A stretch of 55,367 nucleotides of DNA from positions 29,140,001-29,195,367 of the forward strand of contig NC_059439.1 in the NCBI RefSeq assembly GCF_021028975.2, in the 5' to 3' direction. Within the stretch, counting starts at the first letter, position 1. Each line of letters begins with the position of its first letter. A model generated the notes under the pieces. It did no database searches. It saw only the letters and a program-made list of their open reading frames with translations, and was not told the origin of the DNA. Below are positions 18,437 to 32,077 of this stretch, in pieces. Source of the stretch: Sphaerodactylus townsendi. Its lineage: Eukaryota. The position numbers and the translations under genes are program-made.

Positions 18437-21400
18437 GTAAGAAGAAAAGACAGCAAACTTAAATGATAGTTTCATTATTTCTAAATTAGGATTACACATA
18501 GGCACAGCCTCGGTTTTCTATCAGAAAGAGTTTCACCAATAATCATTTTCATTAAAATCCTTATTTTAGAATAGTGTTCATAATTGCCCTTCCCGCCCAT
18601 GTACATCTTTATCACATCTGCTTAAAAGTTCCTTTGACAGCAGCTGCTTTACTGTTATGTATAACCACATTCCCTGACAGTTTGTAGTTGGTGCTACCAC
18701 TTGTGAAAGCCATTTTGTGATTGCGTCTACCACCCTGTGCCAAAATTCTAAAGGTGCCCATAGGCTCAAAAAAGTTTGGGGACCCCTGAGTGAATGCCTG
18801 TTAAAATCTTTAAGTTCAATGGCTCCATTTGGAGGAAGGGATTCTTATAGATGTTACAAATGTGACCAAGTCCTCAGAGAGCCAGAAACTTTCATTAGAG
18901 CAACATGGAGGCAGGAGGAGTGGATGTCTGATTTCTGCTCTTCAATTTGATGCCTGCTCTATGCATTTTGATTCTTGTTATAAATACATGATGGACTAAT
19001 GGTAAAAATAGGCAGAAGCAATGGCGTAGTGCCAACAGGATGGGGGCGTGACGCCCTAGGCACAGTTCTCCCTCGCAGAAGTAATGCCTGAGACAAGTCT
19101 CTTGTGATATGCTAACACCATTCATGCTGAACTGCTCTGTCTCTCTTCTGTTTCAGATTTTCTCTTTGACTGTATTTGCTTCCTTGGTGAATGAAGGATA
19201 CCAAAACCTGGTAACCTCCTCAGAACTACACTGTGTACTGAATGAGAATGATGCAGCTTGCTGCTATGGCATTACCGTGGGTGCACTATCCTTCTTCCTG
19301 AGCCTTGTGTTTTTGGGTCTTGATGCCTTCGACTCCATTGTGACTAGTCACAAGTTCAAGTATGCCATTCTTGTATTGGATGTCACCTTTTCTAGTAAGC
19401 GTTCTTACTTTCTACCAGATCCATGATCATAGTTTTGGTTTATGTAGTTACCGGTGATATGGGTGATACCAGTGATAAGGACTTAATACAATGGTGACTA
19501 GTCTAGCTTCTTCTCACATTCTCATCTCAAAACCTATCATTGAGGTAATTCCCATTTAACTTTTTTGCCTCCCACACAACCTCTCCTTGTATCTACTAAA
19601 CTTAACTTTATTTTTCAATAAATTATCCTCATTACTTGCTCTCTTGTTCCCACTGCACCCTTAAAATTTGACAGGGAGGAGTATTCACGGTATTGACAGC
19701 TATGCCGCCAAGACACCAAGCTACAGAGGAGAATGCTGACCCCCTTTTTAAAACAGTAGAGCTACAGCCTATAAACTGGCGCAAAGCTACTGCATTATTT
19801 TATGTCTTTCTTACAAAATCTCTTTTACCAGGAGTTGACCTGAAAGAAACATTCTGTTGGTGGGCACAGACTGCTGTCTTTTATGCTGACTGAGCACGGG
19901 ATTGTCTTATTGTTCCTTTGCCTGTTGTCTCATCTCTTGAGACAGCTCTTGAGCTGCAGGGCTCACAAAAGACATGACAACACCTGAAGACAGACAAAGA
20001 AAAAATGAGGAAATACTCATTCTTCACAAAAGACTGTCATTTCCACATGCTGTCTCTTGTGGTCAGGGTTTACTTGACAAGCATGATCACAGCAAAGGAG
20101 TGCTTCAAGCAGGGCATTCTTGGTACTGTGTATATCTGTGTGAAGCATTTCTTCGGCCCTGGCATTTGCTGGCACATCAGTATTTACACAGGTCTATTTT
20201 GGCAAAATTAGATGTCACTGACACATATCTGGTTTTCTGCCTGGTCTCCCATGCACTGCCCGTCAAGATTCTTCCTACCTTTTTCAGACTAACCTGGCCT
20301 ATTGAATACATTGCCAGTCAATACCCTTCTCACAATAGTTCAACAAAAAGCTTATTTTCAGGTGCAGTTTCTTTTAGGAACCCTGCCCATCTGATAATGG
20401 CCATTGTGCATCCATCCTTACCTCTCTTTTTTTGTCCTTCCATTTCTATATCTCCCCTGCGTTTTGCTCAGGACCACATCTGTTCTTTTTTTTAAAAAAA
20501 TGCTGTTCTTGATTCTATCCCTTTCTAAAGCAGGCTGATGAGTCTTCTATCCATGTCTCATACTGGCCCATTATGCATAGAACGTTACCTTGGGGCTCCT
20601 CATTGCACAGTGGGCTTGCAGAGGGGTCTCCTCGTGTTTTTCTGTTTACACATGAGGAGCCATTCTCTGCCGGCCCCAAAGCTAGCTTGCGGTTCTCAAT
20701 GGGGCTCTGCAGCTTTTCCTGGTTTTCTTAATTATTGTCATCAATTCCTCTTAAAGGAGTCTAATCACACACATAATTTATATTTATATACCTATGACAG
20801 CAAGTATATTGATATTGTAGCCCTTTCCCCAACATACACTCCCCCCGCCCAAAGAAAATGAAAGAGTCAAAGCCATTCCCTGGCCATTCTTCACACTGCT
20901 GAAGAAAGGGACTATGTGCTAGATCCCCCCTTCACAGAAACATTTTCTCTCTCTGTCTTTGTTTTTTGCTGCTGCTGAAGCCAGGAAAATTGTTTTGCAA
21001 TACAGTCTTGTTTGAAATGAAGTTGTAAAAAGCCCTCCCCATCATTGGGGACGGTGGAAGCAGAGCGGGGGAGGTGAGGTGGCGACAAAAAGGGGTCCTG
21101 CTCATGTTGTTCCTTTGCAACAGCCAAAGAGAGAGGCTTGTTTTTTCAAACAGAAGCTTGTCTGAAAGAAAGTTTTTAAAATGCCCTCCCAAACATTGGA
21201 GAGGGCAGAAGCAGAGCAGGGCAAGTGGGGTGGAGCTACAAAGAGACCCTGCTTGTGTTGTTCCTGTCGATGTATCGATACAAGCATTTAGAGAGGTGGA
21301 AGAGGAAGCGTGCAAAGCAGGGTGAGGGGGTGAGACTAGGCTGGCTGGTTGTGGGTGGAAGGAAGAAGAAGATTTATACCCCACATATCTCTCCTGCATG

Positions 21401-24400
21401 GAGACTCAAAGGGGCTCCTCCCCCCCCCCCCCCACCAAACATCCTGTGAGGTAGGTGGTGCTGAGAAAGCTCAGAAGAACTGTGACTTGCCCAAGGTCCA
21501 GGGCAAAGCTGTGCTCACTGGCAACTCTGGCCCCTCTGGTTGCTGAGCAAAATGAAATTTGTGCTAGAAGTGGTCTCGCTTGCCACAAAGAGAATAAAAG
21601 TGAAAGTGGGGCTTGAGGATATACATGTGTACAAGAAATCTTGCAGCTATGCACTTTCACCCCCATTGCGCAGCAGACAAGATTAATTAATTAATTAATT
21701 AATCTTGTCTTGCATTTCCTTCTGTGTCAGAACAGATCTAGAGCAGTTTCGTCATCTCAGAACTCAAGAATGGAGTGAATTCACTGGAACATAAAAGATA
21801 AACATAAAATGATTTTAACCACGCAAATATGAAGTCCAGGGAGAAACAGAGGTCAAGCATTTAGCCATTTGCCATAGAAGTGAAATAATACATTTGTTAG
21901 GAAGGGCAATGCATCCTTGTGTCTATGGATTTAAAGCCAAATCTCTAACAATTGTGGATTAGCAGAGAGCAGATTATTCCACACCTGCTTATCAAGAGGT
22001 TTTTGCCTCTGAAACATCTGGCACTGGCCACGCTGGGGAGGGGATATTTGGCTGGCTGAAACATGGAGCAATCTGATGCAGTCTGGCAGTTTTCCTCTAT
22101 CCCTTATTGTTCATCAGCTAACAAGGCAAAAACATTTTTAATACACCTGCCAACTGTGCAGCGTTGCTTGTTTAAGGGAGCAATTGCCTTTCTGATTCCT
22201 GAAGGCAGTTTATCCATGAAAGCAAGAGCTTTCGTTAGGAGTACAGCTTTTTTGAATTGTTCTAGAAGCAGTCATATTGCGGCTGGAACCACCTTTTTTT
22301 TGCTCGCTACAAGATTGCTCAGACTTTCTGTGCAATAAGAATTCTTCAAATTGGTAATACAGTAACAATCGAAAGCTTACATAAGCTGCACTGGCACACT
22401 GGCAGGGGACACAACAGTTGAATTTAGGGGCCTGTGCCCAGTGTTCTTAATAATCTATTCCTGTTAAACTGGCAGCCTAAACCTAATTACTTCGCATTGG
22501 CATAAGTGGACCTGCTGATTTTTGCTAAAAATTGAATATTGGTTAATGTGAGAAAGCCACTTCACGTCACAAAGTGGATTGTGCGATTTCTGAAACTTTT
22601 ATATTTCTGTAATATGTCCTAGGTTTCTCCTCAGCCCTGAATTACATACAGTTCCAAGACAAACCCTGCTGAATTGGGTATTAAACACTGGAGATGGAAC
22701 CAAGGAACAACAAAATGCTAAATGAGACAAGAAACAATTTGCACTTGCCCTGCTGAGGCTTAAACCACATTCAGGATGTGGTGGTTGTTTTAAGCATTTG
22801 TTGTTTTTCGTATTTCTGAAATGTGTTTCTCAAAATAAAACAAACCCCCTAATACATGTTGCTAATGCCTCTGGTGCAATAGCCTTTGATAGTTTGTGGA
22901 GTGAATTTTCACTTATTTTCACACTGTCTCTAAAGTGTCAGGAGGATTTCTAGAACCAGTTATCTCTGGGGGCTGGCTGAGTTCTTCAGCAATGGAATGA
23001 TAACTGTGAACGTACAACAAGAACAGGCTGATGAATGTTATTTCACCCACTCCTTCAAAACAAGTCTCAGAAAGCCTGCTCTGTGATGCGATGTATCTTT
23101 TTAAGTGGTCGTATGATACTGTGACATTTTCTTCCCAGTCATCTGGACAGGTCTGTGGTCTGTTGGGTTCTGTTTCCTAGCCCATCAGTGGAACCGGTCA
23201 ACTCATCACTACTTGCTGGGAGCCAGTGCGGCACGGGCTAGCATCGCCTTTGCCTTCTTCTCCATTCTATGTTGGGTGAGTCACCAAGTATCCCATTTTT
23301 GCTTCAGTGTGAGGAGATCCCTATTGAGAAAGCTATGGAGTCACAGTGTACCCCTACAGAGTTGCAACAGAAGAAATGACACCCTCATCTTACCAAAGCC
23401 AAAACCAACCCCTTCCAAGAAGCAGGTCATCCCAGCCCTATAGAATAAGGGAGGCATAAGAGATTAGTGTTCTTGCTTATTATGTAATATTGTTTATCTG
23501 TTTGATATGCTACACAAGTAGCTAAGCTAATCCTATGCAGTATGTCTAGATAATTACTAAAACTGAACCAAGGCAAACAAGTATCTTATAACAATCTCAT
23601 TGCACATGATTTGGAGTGTGTATGTTTAGAGTGGCTGCCAAATTGACTCACAGTGGCAGAGAGTTATCACATCAAGATGGGAGGCCAAAAGCATAAAGGA
23701 CGTCTAATTAATAGTCTAGAGTAGTTTTTGGTAGCATTTTGAGTGGAACGTTCAGAGCAACTACACATTGACTAGAACGAGCAATAAGACTCATATTCAT
23801 AGCAGGCAAATTGGCTGCAAGTAAAATTCATTCAAGAAAAGCTTTAAAACACTCAGGCTGATTCCGCATGGGCCAAAAACAGCAGTGTAAAAAGGTGTGA
23901 AAATGGTGTAAAAGGGTTTAAAACGGTTTAAAAGGGTTTATACTGTTTTCACACTGTTTTCACACCGCTGTTTTTGGCCCATGCGGAATCAGCCTCACAC
24001 AAAATAGGATAATGTAGTTCAGCAGCTTCTCAGACTTTGACATGGACCAGTTATATATGGCAGTACACACACACAAACAAGTCCATTTCTGACCTTTCTT
24101 ACACAGAATCTTACTGGTTTGAAATGGAGTTATTTGAGGAACTCCAGTTGCCAGTCAGCATTATTTCTAACCACATAGATAAGGGAACGTCAGATGTATG
24201 GTGTGTGTTTTTAGAAAGTATTTGAAGTGGCATGTCATCATAGATGTGTATCCCAGAATCCCCTGTCACACAACATAAAATGCTGAAGTCTCTCAGATTG
24301 CACACTGAGAATGTCTAAGTCGATTCTGGAACCAATGGTGTGCTTAAGGCTCTCATATGACATTACAGAACATACGCTTCTTAGGTGATATGAAACTTTC

Positions 24401-27400
24401 ATCTTAATGCAGATGAAAAGCATTCACAATGCTGGGGGGGAGGGGGAGGGAGAGAAATGAAGTTTTTTTTAAAAAAAAATGAGTTGTGAGTTACATGCAG
24501 AGGTGGGATCCAGCAGGTTCTCACAGGTTCCCGAGAGTAGGTTACTAATTATTTGTGTGTGCCGAGAGGGGGTTACTAATTGGTGATTTTGCCATGTGAT
24601 TTTTGCCTTAGTTACGCCCCTCCTCTCAGCAGTAGTGCGCAGAACTTGAAGCAGTCTAGCAGGAGGTGCACCGGCGTGCGTGGCAGCCTGAGCCTGCGTG
24701 CATTCGTTTCCCGCCCAAGGACCAGCGCAGCGGCTGCGTCCTTGCCACAGCCCCGCCCAGGAATGCCACGCCCCAGAATGCCTGGCCACGCCCCCGTTGT
24801 GCCCCGCCCAGCCCCATTGGCACTACACCACAGTTTGAATCCCACTACCATGGGAACCTGTTACTAAAATTTTTGGATCCAATCACTGGTTACATGTTTC
24901 AGATGGGCTCACAGCTAGGCCCTGGGTATCTAAAAATGAAAGACCACTGGGCTAAAGGATTAGGTGAGATATTGCAGGTTAATTCAGCCTCTGCCCTTAC
25001 CTAGATGGCCCAGGCTGGCCTGATCTCATCAGATCTGAAAAGCTAAGCAGAACTTGTCCTGGCTAGTACTTCGATGAGAGACCACCAAGGAATATCAGGG
25101 TTGCTATGCAGAGGCAGACAATGGCAAACCATCTTTGTTAGCCTCTTGCTTGGTTGCCACAAGTCGACTGCAACTTGATGGCACTTTACACACAATTCAG
25201 CCTCCAAGAAAAGACAGCAAGAAAGAACCCACAAAGTTGAGCACTTCAGCCTGTGTGGCAGAAATAACGGCATGTTCAGATCCCATTTTGTTCAACTTGA
25301 CTAGATAACCTCTATGTCTAAACTGCTAATCCCTGTTGAAATAATCAGACACATACCACAAAACAATTTTTGGTGCAGGCTCACAAACGAGATGTTTATT
25401 TAGAACACACACAAAGAAAACATGGAGGACTAGCCCATCCCCTGTCCTACTGTTAAAGTCTCTATACATTTCCCCCATTTCCAGAGTATGTTGAGAAGTT
25501 GCCTCAAGACTAAGCTCTTTCAGAGCATGTTTATTCGTTCATTCCTTGTGGAACTGGGTGACTCACACTTCCCATCAACAAGCTGCAGAATTAATCAGGA
25601 GGAGCCTTCACAAAAAAGCAGTTGCATTAGACCTCCATTTATAAGCTGGCACAGAACAAGCCAGGGCAATTCAGGACTCAGTCCAGCCCGTGACCCAAGG
25701 CTCATTCCGCACACACAAAATAATGCACTTTCAAGCTGCTTTCACAACTGTTTTTGCCATTCCGCACAGCTTCAAAGAGCCCTGAAAGCAGCTTGAAAGT
25801 GAATTATTCTGCGTGTGCGGAATGAGCCCAAGTTCGCTAGATCAGGAAGGCTGAGCAGTTAACAAAGGTGTTAACTTTAGCAGGGATAATTTGTAACAGC
25901 TAATCTGAGGTCCAGTCAAGCACAGGTCGGTTCAATTCCTTCTACTTCCCCTAGCAGCCAAACAAGTAGAATGGCTGAAAACACATTTTGATCCAAGTCT
26001 TATTTACAACTTCAGTGAGAAACTGTGAGATTTGCAGACAATTTCAGGAGACGAGCAGGAGGAGGAGGAGGAGTTTGGATTTATATCCCCCCTTTCTCTC
26101 CTGTAAGGAGACTCAAAGGGGCTTACAATCTCCTTGCCCTTCCCCCCTCACAACAAATACCCTGTGAGGTAGGTGGGGCTGAGAGAGCTCCGAAAAGCTG
26201 TGACTAGCCCAAGGTCACCCAGCTGGCGTGTGCACAGGCTAATCTGAATTCCCCAGGTAAGCCTCCACAGCTCAGATGGCAGAGTGGGGAATCAAACCTG
26301 GTTCCTCCAGATTAGAATGCACCTGCTCTAAACCACTACGCCACTGCTGCTCCCTGAGAGGCAGTTATTATAACTGAGAGGCAGTTATAATCACAGGACA
26401 TTTAAGAACAGTTGACAAAAACACAGAAAAATTGAATTGGTTGCCTTATTTTCACGGTGTGTGTGTGTGTTTAAGGTATATTGTTTAATGTTCCGTATTC
26501 TCAGGGTTCCCCAGAAAAATCACAGCATCTTCTTACAAAATAAGAAGTAATCAAAGCATCTTCTTACAAAATAATCCAGTTTTTTTTCTAACCCAGATAT
26601 TTTACTTGCAAACGCAAAAGATAACAAAATTAATACTGTTTTATATTCCATCTTAGCTTCAGTCTGTTACGTGCCTTTCTTTTCAGACCAGCTGTCTGCT
26701 TCTTAACCCCACATCTTCCTCTAGTGCCCTTTGTATCCCTGAAACTATTTACCATCACCTGACTTCCCCATATTACTTAATACTTATACAAACATAGACA
26801 TATACTAGATCAGAATGTCCAATCTACTCTGCCTAGTAACAGAGAATTTCCCCCATCAGTTTATGAGGCCACACTGTGTGTGCCATGCCGTTGGGAAGAA
26901 AATTATTTCCCCTCTTTCCCTACCACATTGTGATGCATTCATGTTCTTCCTAGCTTTGATCTCTCCCAAACCTGGCTTGCTGCAATTTTTTGAAAAGATC
27001 ACAGTAAAGCCTGGACAGCTGCAATGTGGGCAGGAAAATTTAGATTTCTTTGGTCCTGCCCACATGCCAGCCCTTTTCTCTGCCCTGTTCCCTGTGGCAA
27101 CATTCTTCTGCTTCTACCACTTGGAATTTTTTTTAACGGCAATTTAATATTTTTATAACAATGTGTTAGGACGGTCCTCTGAATTCCCATCTTCCATTAC
27201 ACTGTATTAGCAACTGCAGCTGCAATGGGAAACTATGCACAAGCCTCTCCATGTGTGGACAGACTGCAGGGGTCCCCAACACAGTGCTCAAGGGTGCTAT
27301 GGCGACCACTGAGACCTTTTGTGATGCCCACTAAGTGATTTTAGAAAGTGGACTATAATTCCAAGTAAACACAATAAGGCTACACAGCTAAAATGTTTTA

Positions 27401-28837
27401 ATATACCTAATTTGGGCATCTGTTGAAGTCATCTTCCCAGTTTGAATGTATTATTATGATTCTGGTAGAAGTTACTACCTCAAATTTTATTTACATCACT
27501 AAATCACATTTTGTTCACTTTTCAAAAGCAATCAAAATCCAGCTAGAATCTCTGTCTTACTGTACACAAGTGCAAGGAGCTGTCACTAGTACTGAAGTGA
27601 AGAAGCATTTTTTCCTTTTCCATAAGTTTCTTAGATGCCTGAAAAATGAAGGTAGATACTGCCAGATATCTTAGCTAGCTCAATATATTTACATACTTCA
27701 TGTATATGCAAGAAAATATTTATAGTATGTTAATTTTAAAGGCATCATGTAAAGCAGAGCTTCTGCTTGAAATGATGAAGAGCTGCTATCAGAGTTATAC
27801 ATAACCTCACTCCCTGACATTGTGTGGTTGGCGTCACCTCCTGTGGCAGCCATTTTGTGACTGATCTAGCTACATGGCAGCCCATTCCAGAGGGCAGGGG
27901 GTGGACCTACCTGTGGCAATGGCGCAAGAGGAAAACATGCCAGTGGATACGTAGGCTGCTTGCTGGTCTCTTAGGTGCTATTGGACTTGAATTGAGCATT
28001 TCTACTGCAGACCAACATGGTACTTTCTGAAACTATATTCTAAGGTTATATACATTTGGCTAATAATCAGTTATTAGTATCTCAGGAATTTGACAGCTTA
28101 ATACAGATTTAATTGTTTAACAATTAAGAAAATGTACATTTTGCACAATTATTTTAAATCCAAAAAACTTCCACTTGATCCAGGAATAATCTTTAGTTGA
28201 AAACTTTTTTAAAAAAATGGTCCAGAAAGTGCTGTATAAAATCAAAGAGCTTTTCTTCTACATCGGCTTAATATTATCCGGTTTGTGTTTGTGTTTCTAA
28301 TAGAAATGCTTTTGTTATAAAACAAACCACATCCTTGGGAGAGTTAATATTAGTTATTTAGCACGCACAGAACTTCACAGGATGTCCTCACACTAATAAT
28401 TTTTAAATGCCAAAAATGTAGTGATTCATCTAAAACTAAATCTCAGTGATCCAAATTTCCCAGAAACCAGCATTAATATTCTTACCAATTACCCCACACT
28501 CAGCTCTCTTATTAATTTACGTTCCAGGTCTCTGAAGTCTGCTATCTGCAGGGGTGGGGGTTCAACCTTTTGTGTAGTTACATACAAGTGCCTGACCCAC
28601 CACCTCTTCTCCCCCCAGATGTACCTGGCCTACCTCGCTCTGAAAAATCTCTGGGCTGAGCCACCTATTCCTTACAAGCGGACTTTGGATGAAGGATCTG
28701 TTGCCTTGACCACCCTTTCCTCTTCCACAACCACCTCGTTTCCCAACAATGTGGGCTACCCTGAGAGTGTGGGTACAGCCTCTTACCCATCCACTCCTGT
28801 GCCCACTCGGCTGACTTTAATGAATACTGATTCTTAG
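18341..28837 (+). CDS. SYNGR4: Synaptogyrin-4 (MARVEL domain); join(18341-18436,19157-19394,23139-23275,28619-28837), 690 nt, 229 aa
   Basis: In-frame GT-AG joins; VQFILRPQIIARTLAG-IFSLTVF..GYQN..LHCVLNEN..AC, GFCFLAHQW, A.IAFAFFSILCW and PIPYKRTLDEG match SYNGR4 as recalled; synteny. Confidence 0.92.
19157..19394 (+). CDS. SYNGR4: SYNGR4 coding exon
   Basis: tttcag|ATT acceptor; A|GTAAGC donor, phase 1. Confidence 0.92.
21360..21500 (-). mobile_element. Squam3-like SINE 3' fragment
   Basis: Tail plus partial body. Confidence 0.7.
21675..21710. repeat. perfect 36-bp palindrome
   Basis: AGACAAGA(TTAA)5TCTTGTCT equals its own reverse complement. Confidence 0.95.
23139..23275 (+). CDS. SYNGR4: SYNGR4 coding exon
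   Basis: cttcccag|TC acceptor; IWTGLWSVGFCFLAHQW...FFSILCW; TGG|GTGAGT donor. Confidence 0.92.
23856..23994. mobile_element. PIF/Harbinger-like MITE
   Basis: Perfect 28-bp TIR GGCTGATTCCGCATGGGCCAAAAACAGC, TSD TCA; related copy ~38206-38332. Confidence 0.85.
24498..24888. mobile_element. hAT non-autonomous element
   Basis: TIR CAGAGGTGGGATCCA/TGGATCCAATCACTG; perfect TSD GTTACATG; CpG-rich interior. Confidence 0.88.
25000..25195 (+). mobile_element. 5S rRNA-derived SINE (5S-Sauria-like)
   Basis: Head gcctgatctcatcagatctgaaaagctaagcag...cctggctagtacttcgatgagagaccacc aligns to 5S rRNA; RTE/BovB-like 3' end (gactgcaacttgatggcac). Confidence 0.75.
25699..25828. mobile_element. PIF/Harbinger-like MITE
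   Basis: TIR GGCTCATTCCGCACAC, TSD CAA. Confidence 0.8.
26056..26353 (-). mobile_element. tRNA-derived SINE (Squam3-like)
   Basis: Full copy. Confidence 0.85.
28619..28837 (+). CDS. SYNGR4: SYNGR4 last coding exon
   Basis: ccccccag|ATG TAC acceptor; MYLAYLALKNLWAEPPIPYKRTLDEG...LMNTDS*. Confidence 0.9.
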   Translation: MYLAYLALKNLWAEPPIPYKRTLDEGSVALTTLSSSTTTSFPNNVGYPESVGTASYPSTPVPTRLTLMNTDS

Positions 28838-28859
28838 ACAATTATTTATTCATGCCGTG

Positions 28860-28862
28860 AAT

Positions 28863-28865
<3 letters not shown>
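28860..28865 (+). terminator. candidate SYNGR4 polyadenylation signal
   Basis: AATAAA 23 nt after the stop, directly followed by a (GA)n microsatellite (28865-28902). Confidence 0.4.
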
Positions 28866-28905
<40 letters not shown>

Positions 28906-29499
28906 CCATTGTTCTGTAAGAGCCCTCATAATTTTTGATATATAAACTTGCCACTGCTGAAAGTAACATGAAGGTTAGAAGAACAAGGAACAGACAAGCA
29001 AGAATGATGCCCAGAATCATTCTTAGAGGGGGAGGGGGAGAAAAGACCAGATCCAGTCCACACGCTAAATAACATTGCTTGGCTTTGCAAAATCAGGGTG
29101 CTCGATCACTTCCTGCTGTACTTATCCCGGCTCTTAAGCGCTGCAGCATATACTATAGACAGCCCTTTGAAGCCAGCACAAGCAGTCCAGATACACAGTG
29201 CCTTTTTATGGCTGCTGCACAAACTTTGTCTGCCTCTGCCATAAAAAGCCAGAGATCTTACAGCCTGAAAAGAGAGGTAAAGAACACTCATGTGCGACTG
29301 CCGCTGTGCTGTGCTATGTTATGCCAGCTGAAAACAGCAGTGCACAGTTCCAACTGCTGACAGACCGCAGCATCCATCCATAATGGTGCCAGGAGCAGTC
29401 TGCCTCCTGCCTGCTTATCTCGGAAAAAAATTGCAAAGCTTGTGTTGAGGTGTCCAGGTATAAACCTTGTCTTGCTGGATCGACACACTTAGGCTAGAG

Positions 29500-29638
29500 C
29501 CGTTGTGGCGAGCCTTTGGCACTCCAGATGTTCACGGACTACAATTCCCACCAGCCCCTGCCAGCATGGCCAATTGGCAGGGGCTGATGGGAATTGTAGT
29601 CCGTGAAAATCTGGAGAGCCATAGGTTCGCCATTATTG
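29500..29638. mobile_element. palindromic hAT MITE
   Basis: TSD GGCTAGAG/GGCTAGAC; internal actacaattccca/tgggaattgtagt arms. Confidence 0.8.
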
Positions 29639-31499
29639 GGCTAGACTCTAGTGACACTCATTCCCTTCATGAAATTCTTCCTTTGTATGGGACTGTGCGG
29701 AAAAACTTCCGTGTGGACCAGTTTAGCGTAGTTTAGTTGGTTTAAACCCCTCCTTTCCCAGTAGGGCCAGCTTACAACAACAGTTGGTAATGGATAATAA
29801 TATAAAAATAAGATAAAAGTCATTATAATTAAAATCATAAAGGCAGCAGATACCTGCAGATCGCTTTCTTCTGGGTCTTGGACAAGAGGATCTCCTGATT
29901 CCACTGTGGATATGGAATCAGGTTGGCTATATGCACTGTTTTTTATCACAGTCAGGGTGGCCTTTTTGTTAGTTGCTGAGTGCCACAGGCTACATTTGTT
30001 CATCACTTTGAGATTTCTCCACGCAGTACCCCTGGACAAAATAAGTGAACCGCCCTACAGTGTCATATTACCCAATCATGACTGCTGGAAAACATGCAAC
30101 TTTTCATAGCAAGTGCTTAACTCTCACAGCCAAACAGAAAACAATGTTGTTGTTTTTCCCATGATAATTAAATTCAGAAATGCTGCTGAACAACATTTGT
30201 GGGGAAAAACCTCTTACCCTGTCCATACACACTTCCACAATAAGCCACGTATAATGAAAACCAAAACCTTGGAGACACTCTTATGAAATTAGCAGCCCAG
30301 CTTTTCTGTAGTTTAAAAGAAAAACCGAGGGACCACACATAAGGTTTTGGCTCATCCTCACCCTCTCCAACGAGAGAGATTTGCATACCAAAGCGGCCTT
30401 ATGCCAATGCAGATCTGTATGTTGACGCCCATCCCCATCTGTGTTGAAACCAGAGCCTTACGAAACTGGCAAAATGTATTTTTTGATAAAAGTGGAGAAT
30501 GCACATCTGGGGGCACCCTGGACTACAGATGGATCAGAACCAGAAAGAAGGTTTTAAAAAAGAAAAAACATTCTATTGTATAATTTTATTGGTTCAACTA
30601 TTTTTTTAAAAAAAAAATACTGAGGACTGGATATTCCTGCTTCTTTCACTCCTGCTAGCTAAGATGCGTTACAGAATCATAGTGTTGGAAGGGGCTGTAC
30701 AGGCCATTTAGTTCAATCCGGGATCAGACTAGACTGACTTTGCAGTCAAAGATCTTCCTCCCATTATTCCCTAACTAGAACTAAAGCCCATTTTAAATTA
30801 AAATAGAATGGGCTCTGGGAGGGAGAAGGACCTCCTCCCCTCGAGAAGAGCAGTTATTATTTGGGGCAGGGGAGACTCCCGGGTTGGGGAAAGGTGGGCG
30901 GGGAACAGGATGGAATGTCATGAGTCCTGCACACCCAATGGCTAGGGGTCCATCATCGGACATTCTATCCCTTAGGCAATTATGTATACGGATGTTTAGA
31001 CACGCCTTCAACTTCTAAACAACACCCAGGACACAGGGTTAATACACAGTTTGGAGTTTGACATTAACCTGTAAGATTCCCTTTACCATAAGTAATTTTA
31101 CTTACGGTCTGAGGTGTTTTTACACCTGAGACTTATAATAGCTTGTGCTACAAGCCTGTGCTTTGTTACTTGGAAGCAAGACTAGATGAATTTAGTGAGA
31201 TTTGTTTTCAAGAATACAAACAAGGCTGTGCCATAAAACGCTCACCAATGGATACAAAAGGCTTATACAGTCTAAAATGTGTTTTCAGTGAACTGCACCA
31301 TCCATATTCCATCTCACATGGGCGACACCCACCCATGACACGATTTGTTCTGGACGGCCTTTTCAGTGTCACGTAAAAACAAACCCAAACTTGTTATTTG
31401 CGAAGACATTATGTTGCTGGGAGGAGGTGACTGAGAATCACATAATTGTGGCAGCTACAGAAGACATGTACAGTTTCGACGCAAACATTTCAAGTAAAA

Positions 31500-31900
31500 G
31501 ACTAACAAAATTTCTGGCAGGGCATGAGCTTTTGTGAGTCACAGCTCAGTTCTTCAGAGACAGGTAGAATGTGAGTCCGTCTTTCCTTAATGCAGAGAAG
31601 GAGGAATTCATACACCTCATGGCATTGGCATGTAAGTGTCAACATCATGCATGATTAGATTAGGTGTGATATGCAGCGGGGTTATTCCAGTTGACTGGCA
31701 GTTGTGGGTTTTCTGGGCTGTGTGGCTGTGGTCTGGTGCCATTGGGTCCCTAAATTCACTCTACTTAAGGTCAGATGGACTCACATTCTAGCTGTATCTG
31801 AAGAACTGAGCTGTGACTCATGAAAGTTCATATTGTGCCAGAAATTTCATTCGTTTTTAAGATGCCACTGAGCTGTCGTTTTTCTACTGCTGCAGACAGA
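31500..31900. mobile_element. Penelope-like element remnants in inverted arrangement
   Basis: ~90-bp inverted arms (~31502-31590 vs ~31765-31855) carrying a ctgaagaa...ctca.gaaag motif typical of Penelope/Neptune pLTRs. Confidence 0.65.
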
Positions 31901-32071
31901 CTATCCATCATGATCTATTTTATGTAAAAGAGGCCACAAAAGAAAGGCAGACACAGTTCTAACAGAAATCCAGATGATGACTGTATGAAAGATTAGCACG
32001 GAAAATGCAGATAGCCACACTGAACAGAGAAGCACAAAGATGTCAACACAAACAGGCAACAAAAATGTCTT

Positions 32072-32077
32072 TTTATT
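32072..32077 (-). terminator. candidate KDELR1 polyadenylation signal
   Basis: AATAAA on minus followed by a GT-rich tract (TTTTTGTTGCCTGTTTGTGTTG); second AATAAA at 32131-32136. Confidence 0.55.

Noticed and set aside
19974-21399. 173-aa and 155-aa intronic ORFs in SYNGR4
   Set aside because: No domain similarity, partly repeat-derived, no supporting splice structure.
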